DNA of 64,000 nucleotides, taken from an uncultured Fibrobacteraceae bacterium. Its GTDB lineage: Bacteria > Krumholzibacteriota > Krumholzibacteriia > LZORAL124-64-63. Made by a program: the position numbers and the translations under genes. Of the stretch, positions 31,944-46,771 are shown piece after piece (the stretch's first letter is position 1; each line of letters begins with the position of its first letter). Where the stretch lies: NCBI GenBank assembly GCA_964399195.1, contig CAYNPY010000001.1, positions 59 through 64,058 on the forward strand, written 5' to 3'. The notes beneath the pieces are model-generated. The model was not told the DNA's origin. It searched no databases and saw nothing but the letters and a program-made list of their open reading frames with translations.

Positions 31944-33172
31944 TGAGCGACACGCCGCGTCCCCCGAGCCTCCTGGACGGATTGCCGCCGCGGCCGCCGG
32001 CCGGCGTCTACTTCGACAACAACGCGACGACGCCCGTCGCGCCGGAAGTCGTGGCCAGGATGGTGCCGCTGCTGAGCGAGCACTACGGCAACCCGTCCAG
32101 CATGCACTCGTTCGGCGCCCGCGCCGGCGACGAGGTGGCGCGCGCGCGGGAGAAGGTCGCCGCGCTGCTCGGCGCCGCGCAGCCGGGCGAGATCGTCTTC
32201 ACCAGCGGCGGCTCCGAGAGCGACAACCTGGCCATCGTCGGCACGCTGCACGCGCATCCGGACAAGCGGCACCTGGTCACGACCGCGGTCGAGCACCCGG
32301 CCGTGCTGGGCCTGTGCCGCGAGCTGCAGAAGCGCCACGGCTACGACGTGACGTTCCTCGGCGTCGACGGCGCCGGCCGCCTGGACCCGGCGCAGGTGGC
32401 CGCCGCGCTGCGGCCGGACACGGCGCTCGTCTCGGTGATGATGGCGAACAACGAGACCGGCGTGCTGTTCGACATCGAGGCGATCGGGCGCGTGGTCAAG
32501 GAGCGCGGCGTGGTCTTCCACGTCGACGGCGTCCAGGCCGTCGGCAAGCTGCCGCTGGACCTCGAGCGCTCGCCCGTCGACCTGTTCGCCGTCTCCGGCC
32601 ACAAGCTGCACGCCGCGAAGGGCGTCGGCGCGCTCTACGTGCGGCGCGGCACCAAGCTGCGGCCCCTGATCGTCGGCGGACACCAGGAGCGCGGCCGGCG
32701 CGCGGGCACCGAGAACGTGGCCGCCATCGCCGGCCTGGGCGTGGCCTGCGACCTGGCGGCCGCCGGCCTCGCGGTCGAGGACGTCCAGGTCAGGCGCCTG
32801 CGCGACCGGCTCGAGCAGGGCCTGCTGGCGGCGATCCCCGACTGCCAGGCCAACGGCGACCCGGCGCAGCGGCTGCCGAACACGACCAACATCAGCTTCC
32901 GTTACATCGAGGGCGAGGGCATCCTGCTCCTGCTGGACCGCGCGGGCGTGGCCGCCAGCAGCGGCTCGGCCTGCACCAGCGGCAGCCTCGAGCCCTCGCA
33001 CGTGCTGCGCGCGATGGGCCTGCCGTTCACGCTGACCCACGGCTCGATCCGCTTCTCGCTGTCGCGCTACAACACCGAGGCCGAGGTCGACTACGTCCTG
33101 GCCGTGCTGCCGCGGATCGTCGAGCGCCTGCGGGCGATCACCCCGTTCAACGAGCAGAGGGCCACCTTCTGA
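31943..33172 (+). CDS. nifS: Cysteine desulfurase NifS (class I aminotransferase V)
   Basis: The start overlaps the nifU stop. The product has the PLP-lysine region SGHKLHAAKGVGALYV and the active-site SSGSACTS. Confidence 0.9.
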   Translation: MSDTPRPPSLLDGLPPRPPAGVYFDNNATTPVAPEVVARMVPLLSEHYGNPSSMHSFGARAGDEVARAREKVAALLGAAQPGEIVFTSGGSESDNLAIVGTLHAHPDKRHLVTTAVEHPAVLGLCRELQKRHGYDVTFLGVDGAGRLDPAQVAAALRPDTALVSVMMANNETGVLFDIEAIGRVVKERGVVFHVDGVQAVGKLPLDLERSPVDLFAVSGHKLHAAKGVGALYVRRGTKLRPLIVGGHQERGRRAGTENVAAIAGLGVACDLAAAGLAVEDVQVRRLRDRLEQGLLAAIPDCQANGDPAQRLPNTTNISFRYIEGEGILLLLDRAGVAASSGSACTSGSLEPSHVLRAMGLPFTLTHGSIRFSLSRYNTEAEVDYVLAVLPRIVERLRAITPFNEQRATF

Positions 33173-33205
33173 ACCAGGGGCCGCCGCCGCGCGCCCGGAA
33201 GGAAC

Positions 33206-36760
<3,555 letters not shown>

Positions 36761-36807
36761 CCGGCCGGGCCTTCCCACAATCGTACCGGCGTTGCCAAGG
36801 AGTCCCC

Positions 36808-38667
36808 ATGCGTTCGTTGCGTCTTACCGTGTCCGTCCCGCCGCGGATCCAGCCGCTGGTGGCGCCGTTCTTCCTGGCGGCGGCCCTCGCGGCGGTCCTG
36901 CTGGCCGCCGCCGGCTGCGGCGGCAAGGGCAAGGAGTTGTCGCCGGACACCGTTCTGGCCAAGGTCGGCGAAACGAAGATCACGGTCGGCTACTACGAGA
37001 AGAAGCTCGGCCGCCTGCACCCGGTCGACCTGCCCCGCGACGACGCCGGCAACACCCTGGACACCGCGCAGATGCCCGGCAAGCGCAAGTTCCTCGACAC
37101 CATCATCAACAAGGACGTGATGGTGGAGGTCGCGACGCAGCTCGGGTTCCTCGAGGACGCGCAGATCGACTACGCCCGCAAGACCCTCATCTCGAACGAG
37201 GCGGTGGGCGCGGCCCGCAAGCGCTTCGTCGACGAGCCGGCCTCGAAGTTCACCGAGGAGGACGTCCAGAAGTTCTACGAGAAGTTCGGCACCGTGCGCC
37301 ACTGCCGCTACTTCATCACGAACACGCTGGAGGACGCCCGCCGCGGGCGCGAGAAGGCCCTGGCGGGCGCGGACTGGGCCGACCTCTGGAACGAGTTCCA
37401 CGCCGGGCTCACCGGGCCGACGATCAGCTACGAGATCGATCTGCACTACGGGCGTTTCATCACCTCGTTCGAGGACCCGATCTTCGCGGCCAAGATCGGC
37501 GACATCACCGAGCCGGTGCAGAGCACCTACGGCTGGTGGGTCGTGAAGATCGACGGCGAGGACCAGGCCGAGCGGCCGCCGCTCGAGGAGGCCCGGCAGC
37601 GCATCGAGGCCTCGATCATCAGCCGCAACCAGATGCGCCTGATCGACGCCTTCAAGGCCGAGATCCGCCGCAAGCACGACATGTACATCCGCGAGGACGC
37701 TCTGGTGAAGGCGTACGCCGGCCTGCCGCGCGACGAGGAGATGTTCTATCCCGGCACCAAGGATCCGGTCAGGCGCGAGGACCTGAAGCCGCTGGCTCTG
37801 GAGCCGGCGGACTACGACATGGACTTCTACGGCTACACGGTCAAGGGCGAACCGCGCAAATACACGCTGGGCGACTTCAAGGCGGCCTACGACCGCATGA
37901 GCGTCTTCGAGCGTCCCAAGTGGGCCGAGATGGTCGGCGGCCTGCGCACCAAGATCACCGACGAGATCGACCGCGCGCTGCTCAACTTCGACGCCCAGGA
38001 TCGCGGCCTGGACAAGGATCCGGAGGTGCTCGCGGCCGTGGACGAGCGCATTGACGAGATGCTCGTGGGCAAGCTCTTCGACGAGGGCGTGCACTACGAC
38101 GAGGTCGTGTCGCCCGCGGCGCTCGACTCCGCCTGGGCGCTGCTCAAGGGCGACTACAACCTGCCGGAGACCCGCTCGGGCAAGCGCATTCTCGTCGCGG
38201 ATCAGACGCAGGCGGACAAGGCCCACGCCGCTCTCGAGGCGGGCGAGCCCTGGCGGCGCGTGCTCAACACCTACGGCAGCGACGAGGCGGACAAGGCGCT
38301 GAACGGCAAGCTGGGCCCGATCCGCGCGGACGCGCAGGGCCCCGAGCACGACGCCCTGTTCAGCCTGCAGCCCGGCCAATACAGCACGCCGCGCCGGCTC
38401 GACGACGGTCGTTACTCGATCGTGATGCTGGAGGAGATCGCCGCGCCGCGCAGCCAGGAGCTGGCCGAGGTGGCCGACGCCGTCGTCACGCGCATCCGGA
38501 ACAAGCGCGAGGAGATGGCGTTCCGCGCGGCACTGGACGGCTGGAAGCAGAAGGTCAAGATCGAGGTCTTCGAGGACCGTCTGGCCAAGACCCGCTCGTG
38601 GGAGGAACTGGTCGATGCAGCGAAGCAGGGCAAGCAGCCGCCCGGCGCCACCCCCGCGGGTGGCTGA
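36808..38667 (+). CDS. Peptidyl-prolyl cis-trans isomerase, parvulin-type lipoprotein (PrsA/SurA-like)
   Basis: A real ATG with an AAGGAG RBS lies inside the artefactual 4.9-kb track ORF. The lipobox is LLAAAGCGG, and parvulin regions include HCRYFI and TYGWWVVK. Confidence 0.75.
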   Translation: MRSLRLTVSVPPRIQPLVAPFFLAAALAAVLLAAAGCGGKGKELSPDTVLAKVGETKITVGYYEKKLGRLHPVDLPRDDAGNTLDTAQMPGKRKFLDTIINKDVMVEVATQLGFLEDAQIDYARKTLISNEAVGAARKRFVDEPASKFTEEDVQKFYEKFGTVRHCRYFITNTLEDARRGREKALAGADWADLWNEFHAGLTGPTISYEIDLHYGRFITSFEDPIFAAKIGDITEPVQSTYGWWVVKIDGEDQAERPPLEEARQRIEASIISRNQMRLIDAFKAEIRRKHDMYIREDALVKAYAGLPRDEEMFYPGTKDPVRREDLKPLALEPADYDMDFYGYTVKGEPRKYTLGDFKAAYDRMSVFERPKWAEMVGGLRTKITDEIDRALLNFDAQDRGLDKDPEVLAAVDERIDEMLVGKLFDEGVHYDEVVSPAALDSAWALLKGDYNLPETRSGKRILVADQTQADKAHAALEAGEPWRRVLNTYGSDEADKALNGKLGPIRADAQGPEHDALFSLQPGQYSTPRRLDDGRYSIVMLEEIAAPRSQELAEVADAVVTRIRNKREEMAFRAALDGWKQKVKIEVFEDRLAKTRSWEELVDAAKQGKQPPGATPAGG

Positions 38668-40030
38668 CGGGGCGCGGGCCGGCGGGGTGGTCGGGGCCGT
38701 TTTCGGCGCGGGCGCGCTCGCCGGCGCGCCGGCGGCGCCGGCTCAGGAAGCCGAGCCGGCCGCGGCGACGCCGCCCGCGACCCCGGCGGAGGCGCCGACG
38801 CCGGTGCTGGTCGACCGGATCGTGGCGATCGTGGACGAGGAGCCGATCCTCCAGAGCGACCTCGAGCGCGAGACCGAGTTGTACCGGCTCGAACGCCAGT
38901 ACGCCGGCCAGCCCGTGGCCGACGATCCGGCCGTGGTGCGCCGGGAGATTCTCGACCGGCTGATCGAGAGCAAGCTCATCATCGCCGCGGCCAAGCAGGC
39001 CGACATGAGCGTCGACCCGGAAGCCGTCTCCGGCAGCGTCGACCAGAAGATCCGTCAGTTCGACGAGCACTTCGGCGGCCGCGAAGCGTTCGAGCGCGAG
39101 CTGGCGCGCGCAGGCATGACCCTGGCCGACTACCGCGCGCGCATGGCCGCCCAGCTGCGCGACCAGCAGTACCTGCGCCTGGTCGTGGGCAAGTTCATCC
39201 GGCCGGACATCGAGGTGCTCGAGAACGAGGTGCGGGACTACTACCTGGCGAACCTCGCCGAGATGCCCGCCGAGCCCGACAGCCTGACCATCGCCGACAT
39301 CCTGGTGCCCGTGCAGCCGTCGGTCGAGGCGCGTCGTCGCGTGCAGGAGAAGGTGGAGCGCATCCAGGCCGACCTGAAGGGCGGCCTGCCCTTCGCCGAC
39401 GCGGCGCGGCGCCATTCCGAGGACGCGGCCGCCGCGCGCGGCGGCCTGGTCGGTGCGGTCGGCAGGGAGGACCTCTACGACGCGGGCCTGGCGCGGGCAG
39501 TGTTCGCGCTCGCGGCCGGTCAGGTGAGCGAGCCTGTGGTGACCCCGCGGGGCGTGCACCTGGTGCGCGTGGACGAGGTGCGCGGTGACGGCAAGCGCGT
39601 CATCAGCCAGATCTTCCTGCCGGTCAGCGCCACCGAGCAGGACGTGGCGGCGGCGCGAGCGCAGGCCGACGCGGCGCGGGCGCGCGTGACCGGCGGCGAG
39701 TCGTTCGCGCTGGTTGCCTCCGAGGTCAGCGCCGATCTGGCTTCGGCCCGCAACGGCGGCGTCCTGGGCACGTTCCGGCTGGAGGACCTGAGCGAGACCT
39801 TCCAGGCGGCGCTGGCCGATCTGCCGGAAGGCGCGGTCAGCGAGCCCGTGCTGACGACCGCCGGCTGGTACGTGTTCAAGGTGCTCGCGCGCAAGCCGGG
39901 CCACATGTACACCTACGAGGAACTGTCGGAGCAGCTGCGGCAGGCGGTCGAATCGCAGAAGATCGAGGCGGCGCTCACCGAGTACGTCAAGGGCCTGCGC
40001 AAGCGCTTCTTCATCGAAGAGAAGAGCTGA
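38615..40030 (+). CDS. surA: SurA-like chaperone / peptidyl-prolyl isomerase (SurA_N + two parvulin domains)
   Basis: It has a signal peptide, a SurA N-terminal domain (VDRIVAIVDEEPILQSDL) and parvulin domains (RHSEDAAAARGGLVGAV, VVTPRGVHLVRVDE). The start is either ATG 38615 or GTG 38660, the latter overlapping the previous stop by 8 bp. Confidence 0.75.
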   Translation: MQRSRASSRPAPPPRVADGARAGGVVGAVFGAGALAGAPAAPAQEAEPAAATPPATPAEAPTPVLVDRIVAIVDEEPILQSDLERETELYRLERQYAGQPVADDPAVVRREILDRLIESKLIIAAAKQADMSVDPEAVSGSVDQKIRQFDEHFGGREAFERELARAGMTLADYRARMAAQLRDQQYLRLVVGKFIRPDIEVLENEVRDYYLANLAEMPAEPDSLTIADILVPVQPSVEARRRVQEKVERIQADLKGGLPFADAARRHSEDAAAARGGLVGAVGREDLYDAGLARAVFALAAGQVSEPVVTPRGVHLVRVDEVRGDGKRVISQIFLPVSATEQDVAAARAQADAARARVTGGESFALVASEVSADLASARNGGVLGTFRLEDLSETFQAALADLPEGAVSEPVLTTAGWYVFKVLARKPGHMYTYEELSEQLRQAVESQKIEAALTEYVKGLRKRFFIEEKS

Positions 40031-41471
40031 CCGCCGTTCCGCGCTCGGCCAGCCACCCATCCAGCCAGGGGAACGCCGCGGTCAGGGCCGCCGACCGCCC
40101 GCAGAGGGCTTCGCGCAGATCTCGTCGGCCGGACGCCCAGAGCGCCTCCAGCCAGGCGCGCAGTTCGCCCGACGCTTCCGCGGGCGCCAGCGCGATCTCG
40201 ACGTCGCGCCCCAGCCCCAGGACCAGCGACAGCAGAGCCACCCCCAGCAGCCCGGCCGGGCCGCCTTCGCCCGCCTCCAGCGCGGCCAGCGCGGCTTCAG
40301 GGCGGCCGGTCGCCAGAAGCGCCCTGGCCAGCGGCACGGCCGCTTCCGGGTGGTCCCGCAGGTGGCGCGCAGCGACGCCGCCGGCGTCCGTTCCGCCGAA
40401 ACAGACCAGAGCCAGCAGCGCCTCGGGATCGCGCGGGGCATCGGCGGCCGCGCGGGCGGCCAGCTCCGCCGCGCCCGGGCGGTCGCCGGACCGCGCCGCC
40501 AATCGGCACAGGCCCAGCAACGGGCGCGCCGGAACCACGCCGCCCGCCCCGGCGCCGGCGCCGGCCAGCCGGTCCAGGCATGACCGGTATGCCGCGCGCG
40601 CCTCGTCAGTTCGCCCCGCCGCTTCCAGCAGCAGGCCGCGGCGAAGGTCCACGGCCGGTCCGGACTCCACGCGACGCGCCTGGCGGTCGAGCCAGCCCAG
40701 CGCGGCCGCCGGCTGCGCCGACAGCGATTGTGCGATCAGCGCCGCGAGTTCGCCGCTCCAGGCGCGGCCGGCCAGGCGCGCCCGCGGCGTCCGCTCCAGC
40801 GCGCTGCGCGCCGCGTCGACCTCGGCGGCGAACAGTTCGCGGTCGTCCCAGAAGCGGGCCAGCTCCAGCAGCTTGAACCGGCAGTAGAGATCGTCCGGAT
40901 CCTCCCGCAGGGCGCGGCGCAGCAATTCCGTGTCGCGCGCCTTCTTCTGGCGGGCGGCCGCCACCGACCGCACGTAGCCGAGATGATCGACGCCGCCCGG
41001 CAGGTGGCGCAGCGCCAGGCGCTCGCGCGCGAGGTACTCCGCGACGTCGTCGGCGACGTCCTCGTGGATGCGGTGCCGGAAGCGGATCCGCGGCGTGCCC
41101 CGGAAGCAGCGCAGCAGGCGCGCCTGCCGCTGGCCGCCGTCGGGCATCGCGTTGCGCATGACCACGGTTGCGGCGCCGGCGCCCTCGTCGGCCGCCGCCA
41201 GCCGCCGCAGCGCGGCCTTCAGCTCCGCGTCCGGGCGCTCGTCCGCGTCCAGGCAGACCAGCCAGCGGCCGGTCGCGGCGGCCAGCGAGGCGTTGCGCGC
41301 CGCGGCGAAGTCGTCGCTCCAGGCGAAGTCCACCACCCGGCCGCCCGCCGCGCGCACCAGGTCCGGGCCGCCATCGCGCGAGCCGGTGTCCACCACCACC
41401 AGTTCGTCCCAGAGGCCGGCGACCGACGCCAGGAATCCGGGCAGCATGGCGGCCTCGTCGCGCACGATCAT
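40011..41471 (-). CDS. Family 2 glycosyltransferase fused to C-terminal TPR-like repeats
   Basis: The GT2 core motifs are SLCMIVRDE, VVVDTGSRDG and CLDADE. The C-terminal half is Ala/Leu-rich and TPR-like. The start is approximate, since the track ORF extends to 41657. Confidence 0.7.
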   Translation of the reverse strand: MIVRDEAAMLPGFLASVAGLWDELVVVDTGSRDGGPDLVRAAGGRVVDFAWSDDFAAARNASLAAATGRWLVCLDADERPDAELKAALRRLAAADEGAGAATVVMRNAMPDGGQRQARLLRCFRGTPRIRFRHRIHEDVADDVAEYLARERLALRHLPGGVDHLGYVRSVAAARQKKARDTELLRRALREDPDDLYCRFKLLELARFWDDRELFAAEVDAARSALERTPRARLAGRAWSGELAALIAQSLSAQPAAALGWLDRQARRVESGPAVDLRRGLLLEAAGRTDEARAAYRSCLDRLAGAGAGAGGVVPARPLLGLCRLAARSGDRPGAAELAARAAADAPRDPEALLALVCFGGTDAGGVAARHLRDHPEAAVPLARALLATGRPEAALAALEAGEGGPAGLLGVALLSLVLGLGRDVEIALAPAEASGELRAWLEALWASGRRDLREALCGRSAALTAAFPWLDGWLAERGTAVSSSLR

Positions 41472-41671
41472 GCACAGGCTCAGGTCGATGCGGGACAAGG
41501 AACTACCTCGTGCGGGGGCCTTCGTTCGGGGCGGGCATCGCCGCGTTCGGGCACGGAACGTGCAATTCCGGGGCCGAATGGGCCGAACCGGGCCCCAACG
41601 AGCCCGAACCGCGGAGGCGTCCCCGCCGGGTCGTCCTGCGGCCGCCGCCACGCCCACGCAGGGGGAGTCGC

Positions 41672-42494
<823 letters not shown>

Positions 42495-42502
<8 letters not shown>

Positions 42503-43379
42503 CCAGGCGCAGTTGCGCTATCTGGCCGCCGAGTCGCTCGCCGGCTTCCGCCGGCGGAAGCTGACCACCGGTGTCACGATCCTGATCATGGCCTCGGCCC
42601 TGCTGGTGCTGGCGGCGCTGACGCTGGTGACTCTGAACCTGGGAACCGTCCTCGAGAGCGCGCGCGGGGGGCTGGACCTGCGCGTCTACCTGCGCGACGA
42701 CGTTCCGGCCGAGCAGCTGGCGGCGCTCCGCCCGCGCCTGCTGGCGATCCCCGGCGTGGACGAGGTTACCTGGATCGACAGCGAGGCGGCCCTGGCCGAG
42801 TTCCGCCAGCAGCTGGGCGACGACGCGCCCCTGCTCGAACTCTTGGACCGCAACCCCCTGCCGTCCTCCTACCACCTCACGTTCACGGCCGGCGCGCGCG
42901 ATCCCGAATCGGTGCGCGCCATCAGGGACGAGGTGGCGCGCTGGGCCGAGGTCTCGGAGATCCTCTTCAACCAGGACTGGGTCGACGCGCTGGAACGCTG
43001 GACCTTCCGGTTCCAGATGGCCTCGCTGGTGGTGGGCCTGCTGGTCTTCCTGGCGGCGATCTTCGTCATCTCCAACACGGTCAAGCTGACCATCGCCTCG
43101 AGTTCGCGCATCATCCAGATCCAGAAGCTGGTCGGCGCGACCAACGCCTTCATCCGCACGCCATTCCTCTGCGAGGGCATGATCCAGGGCCTACTGGCCG
43201 GCGTCCTGGCGATGACCCTGCTGCTGGTGTGCGGGCGCCTGCTGGGCGCCAGCCTGGGCGGCATGGTCTTCTTCACCGCGGCGCAGACCGTCGGCTTCGT
43301 CGCCTTCTGCGTGCTGCTGGGACTGCTCGGGAGCTGGGCGGCGATGCGCAAGTACCTGACCCTCAGGAGCGATATCTGA
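42495..43379 (+). CDS. ftsX: Cell division permease FtsX
   Basis: The ATG overlaps the ftsE stop. It has four TM segments, a periplasmic domain and the conserved IQKLVGAT motif. Confidence 0.9.
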
Positions 43380-44605
43380 TGCGTCCCCGCCGCGCCGGAG
43401 CGGGAGTCCCGCTCACGTTCGCCCTGGCGGCCGTGGCGCTGCTGGCCGCGGCGTCGGCGGGCGGGGCGGGCGCGCAGCCCGCACCGGCGCCGTCGGCCGC
43501 GCCGGCCGCCCTCTCCCCGGACAACGCGCTGCAGCTCGAGAAGGTGCGCGCGGAGATCAGGCGCCAGCAGGACCTGATCCGCAGCCTCAACGCGCAGGCC
43601 GCCGAGGCGCGCCGCGACAACGACGCGATCTCGCAGGAGATCGAGGCCACCCAGCGGCTGCTGGGAGGCATGGTCCGCAAGGAGTCGCTGCTCCTGGCCG
43701 AGAGCCGCCGCCTGGAGGATGAGCTGGCGCGCCGCGTCGACACCTACGACGGCCGGCGCGCGGCTCTGGCGAGCAGCCTGCGCCGGGTCTACCTGCGCGG
43801 GCAGCGCAGCGATCTCGAACTGATCCTGACCGCCCGCAGCTTCTCGGGCCTGATGGCGTCCGTGCGCCTCGAGCGCACGCTGGCCCGGCTGAACGCGGGC
43901 CTGGTCGAGCGCACCCGCGACGAGGGGCAGGCCGTGGTGCGCGAGCGCCGCGACCTGGAAGCGGCGCTGAGCGAGATCCGCCAGACCCGCGAGGAGAATT
44001 CGCAGCAGAACCAGCGACTGCAGGGGCTGCAGGCCGAGCAGGTGGCGGCGTTGCGCCAGCTCGACGACCGCCGCCGGGGCGTCAACAACCGCCTGCTCGA
44101 ACTGTCGCTCAACGAGCAGAAGCTCAACCACGTGCTGGACGACCTCGAGGACCGCCGCCGGCAGTCGCCGCCGCCTGTGCTCTCGGGCCAGACCGAGCCG
44201 CTGGCGCAGCTGGCTGGCCGCCTCGAGTGGCCCGTGCGGGGCGAGGTACTGCGTGCGTTCGGGCGCTCGGTCCATCCCCGGTTCAAGACCGTGACGCTGA
44301 ACAACGGCATCAACATCAGCGCCGCGCCGGGGGCGCCCGTGGCGGCCGTCGGCGCCGGCCGCGTCGAGTTCAGCGACCATTTGCCCGGCTTCGGCCGATG
44401 CGTTATCCTGGACCACGGCGAGGGTTACTACACGCTCTACGCCTACCTGGACGGGGTCTTCGTCCCGCGCGGCGCCGAGGTGGCCCAGGGACAGGTGATC
44501 GCCGAGGTCGGCGGACCCGGCGGCGGCGACCCGTCCCAGCTCTACTTCGAGGTCCGGCACGGCCGCACGCCGCTGGATCCCGCCGACTGGCTGCGCTCCC
44601 GCTGA
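43379..44605 (+). CDS. envC: Murein hydrolase activator EnvC-like / peptidase M23 (coiled-coil + LytM domain)
   Basis: The ATG overlaps the ftsX stop. It has a signal peptide, a long coiled coil and a C-terminal LytM domain (GINISAAPGAPVAAVGAGRVEFSDHLPGFGRCVILDHGEGYYTLYAYL). Confidence 0.85.
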   Translation: MRPRRAGAGVPLTFALAAVALLAAASAGGAGAQPAPAPSAAPAALSPDNALQLEKVRAEIRRQQDLIRSLNAQAAEARRDNDAISQEIEATQRLLGGMVRKESLLLAESRRLEDELARRVDTYDGRRAALASSLRRVYLRGQRSDLELILTARSFSGLMASVRLERTLARLNAGLVERTRDEGQAVVRERRDLEAALSEIRQTREENSQQNQRLQGLQAEQVAALRQLDDRRRGVNNRLLELSLNEQKLNHVLDDLEDRRRQSPPPVLSGQTEPLAQLAGRLEWPVRGEVLRAFGRSVHPRFKTVTLNNGINISAAPGAPVAAVGAGRVEFSDHLPGFGRCVILDHGEGYYTLYAYLDGVFVPRGAEVAQGQVIAEVGGPGGGDPSQLYFEVRHGRTPLDPADWLRSR

Positions 44606-44682
44606 GCGGCTCCGGCGCGGGTCGGCGCCGGCCGGCCGCGCCGCCGGCGGGCCGGCCCGGCCGCCGCCTGACGGGAGCCCGC

Positions 44683-45852
44683 GTGCCGATCTCTCCGTTC
44701 ATCGCCCGCGACGCGATGCTGGCCCGTCTGGTGCGCCTGCGCGACCGCGACCGCCTGGCCCAGCCGCTGCTGCTGGTGGGCCCGGAGGGCTCGGGCAAGG
44801 AGGGCACCGCGCTCGAGTTCGCGCGCCTGCTCAACTGCCGCGGCCCGCAGGCATGCCGGGACGGCGCGCCCTGCGAGAGCTGCGCGAAGGCCGCCAGCTT
44901 CCAGCACCCGGACATCCGCCTGATCGCGCCGGCGCCGGCGGCCGTGACCGAGACCGAGGCGCGGGCGCTGCTGGAGCAGAAACTCGCCGAACCCTTCGCG
45001 CGCTCGCCCGAGGCCGCGACCTCGCAGGTCAACATCGGCGACCCCGAGAATCCCGGGCCCCTGAGCGTGCGCTCGCTGATCCGCTTCACCCGCGTGCGCG
45101 CGTTCCAGGGCGCCTGGAAGGTGGCGATCGTCGTCGACGCCCACCGTCTGGGCACGGCGGCGGCCAACGCCTTCCTCAAGACCCTCGAGGAACCGCCGGC
45201 CGGCACCGTCATCATGCTCACCAGCCCCGGCACCGAGGGGATGTTGCCGACCATCCTTTCGCGCTGCCAGAAGCTGCGCTTCGAGCCGTGGCCGGAGACC
45301 GAGCTGGCGGCGCGCCTGGCCGCCCTCGGCGACGTCGACGCGCAGGCGGCGCGCTGGGCGGCCCGCCTGGCGCAAGGCAACGCGCGGCTCGCCTGGGATC
45401 TGCTGCAGCCGGAATCCCGGGCGCTGGCCGAGTGGGCGGGCCTGTTGTTCGCCTGGATCGCGGACGGCGCCCGCGGGCAGGCCGCCATCGCCGCCGACGA
45501 ATTGCACCGCGGCGCCTGGTCGCACGCGCTGGCGTCCCCGCCCGCCGCCCGCGGCGCGGCCGGCGAACAGGGCGCCTCCGAGCGCCGCGCCCGCGCCATC
45601 CGCTTGTGCGAACTGCTGAACCTCCACTACAGTGACGCTCTGGCCTGCCGCGAGGCCGGCGACGGCTGGCAGCCGAGGTTTCCGGCCGCCGCCGCCACGG
45701 TCAGGCGGGTCGCCGCGGCGCAGTCGACCGCGGCGCTGCTGGCGGACATGGCGCGGATCGACGCCGCCGCCGGCGAGATCGACCGCAACCTCAACCTCGG
45801 TCTGGTGATGGCGGTGCTGTTCGAGGGGCTGCAGGACCATGAACGACGGTAA
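44683..45852 (+). CDS. holB: DNA polymerase III subunit delta'
   Basis: A GTG start with a GGGAG RBS gives a product carrying LLLVGPEGSGKEGTALEFARLLNC...C..C zinc module, IVVDAHRL and the SRCQ sensor. Confidence 0.8.
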   Translation: MPISPFIARDAMLARLVRLRDRDRLAQPLLLVGPEGSGKEGTALEFARLLNCRGPQACRDGAPCESCAKAASFQHPDIRLIAPAPAAVTETEARALLEQKLAEPFARSPEAATSQVNIGDPENPGPLSVRSLIRFTRVRAFQGAWKVAIVVDAHRLGTAAANAFLKTLEEPPAGTVIMLTSPGTEGMLPTILSRCQKLRFEPWPETELAARLAALGDVDAQAARWAARLAQGNARLAWDLLQPESRALAEWAGLLFAWIADGARGQAAIAADELHRGAWSHALASPPAARGAAGEQGASERRARAIRLCELLNLHYSDALACREAGDGWQPRFPAAAATVRRVAAAQSTAALLADMARIDAAAGEIDRNLNLGLVMAVLFEGLQDHERR

Positions 45853-46771
45853 CCGGCCGGCCGGACCCGCCAGCGCGGCGGCCGCCGCGCCGCCGCCGCC
45901 GGCCGACGGCGAACCCCTGGTGCTGCTGCGCTTCAAGGGGCGCCGAAAAGGCTACTACCACAACCGCCGGGGCGTGCCGCTGCGGGTCGGCGACCACTGT
46001 CTGGTCGAGGCGGACCGCGGCCGCGATCTTGGACGCGTCGTGTACATCGGCCCCGGCAGGCCGGAATGGTGGGCGGTCGCCCGGCGCCAGGGCGTCCTGC
46101 AGAAGGCGGCCGCGGAGGACCTGACGCGACTGACGGCGACGCGCGCCGAAGAGGACGCGATGTGGTCCGTCTGCGCCGATCGCATCCGCCGGCGCGGCCT
46201 GGACATGAACCTGGTGACGGTCGAGCGCCAGCACGACGGCCGCAAGATCACCTTCTACTTCACGTCCGACGGACGCGTCGATTTCCGGGAGCTGGTGCGC
46301 GACCTGGCGGCCGTCTACCGCGCGCGGATCGAGTTGCGCCAGATCGGCGTGCGCGACGAGACGCGGCTGCAGGGCGGCCTGGCGATGTGCGGCCGCGAGT
46401 ACTGCTGCTCCGGCTTCCTCCACGAATTCGTGCCGGTCACGCTGAAGATGGCCAAGACGCAGCAACTGCCGCTGAACCCGGCCAAGCTGTCCGGCCCCTG
46501 CGGCCGGCTGCGCTGCTGCCTGGCCTACGAGGACTCCCAGTACCGCGAGGCGCGGCAGCGCCTGCCGCGGACCGGAACGCTCGTGCAGACGCCCGACGGC
46601 CCGGCTACGGTGCGGCAGGTGGACCTGCTGCGCGAAGCGGTGACCGTCGACGGGCGCGAGCCCGGCAGCCTGGCCGAGTGGCCGGCCGATCGCCTGCGCT
46701 GGGGCGAGTCCGCGTCCGGCGCGGCCCCGGGTGCGGGCGGTTGCCCAGGCTGCGGCGGGGGCCGGCGGTGA
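45839..46771 (+). CDS. PSP1 domain protein (RicT/YaaT homologue)
   Basis: It has the PSP1 C-terminal conserved region and a Cys-rich segment (CGREYCCSGFL...CGRLRCCLAYE). Its position immediately after holB is typical. Confidence 0.8.
   Translation: MNDGNRPAGPASAAAAAPPPPADGEPLVLLRFKGRRKGYYHNRRGVPLRVGDHCLVEADRGRDLGRVVYIGPGRPEWWAVARRQGVLQKAAAEDLTRLTATRAEEDAMWSVCADRIRRRGLDMNLVTVERQHDGRKITFYFTSDGRVDFRELVRDLAAVYRARIELRQIGVRDETRLQGGLAMCGREYCCSGFLHEFVPVTLKMAKTQQLPLNPAKLSGPCGRLRCCLAYEDSQYREARQRLPRTGTLVQTPDGPATVRQVDLLREAVTVDGREPGSLAEWPADRLRWGESASGAAPGAGGCPGCGGGRR

Noticed and set aside
31038-33172. Possible nitrogen-fixation island
   Set aside because: Only nifU and nifS are present. No nitrogenase structural or maturation genes are nearby. 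The pair is interpreted as housekeeping Fe-S assembly.
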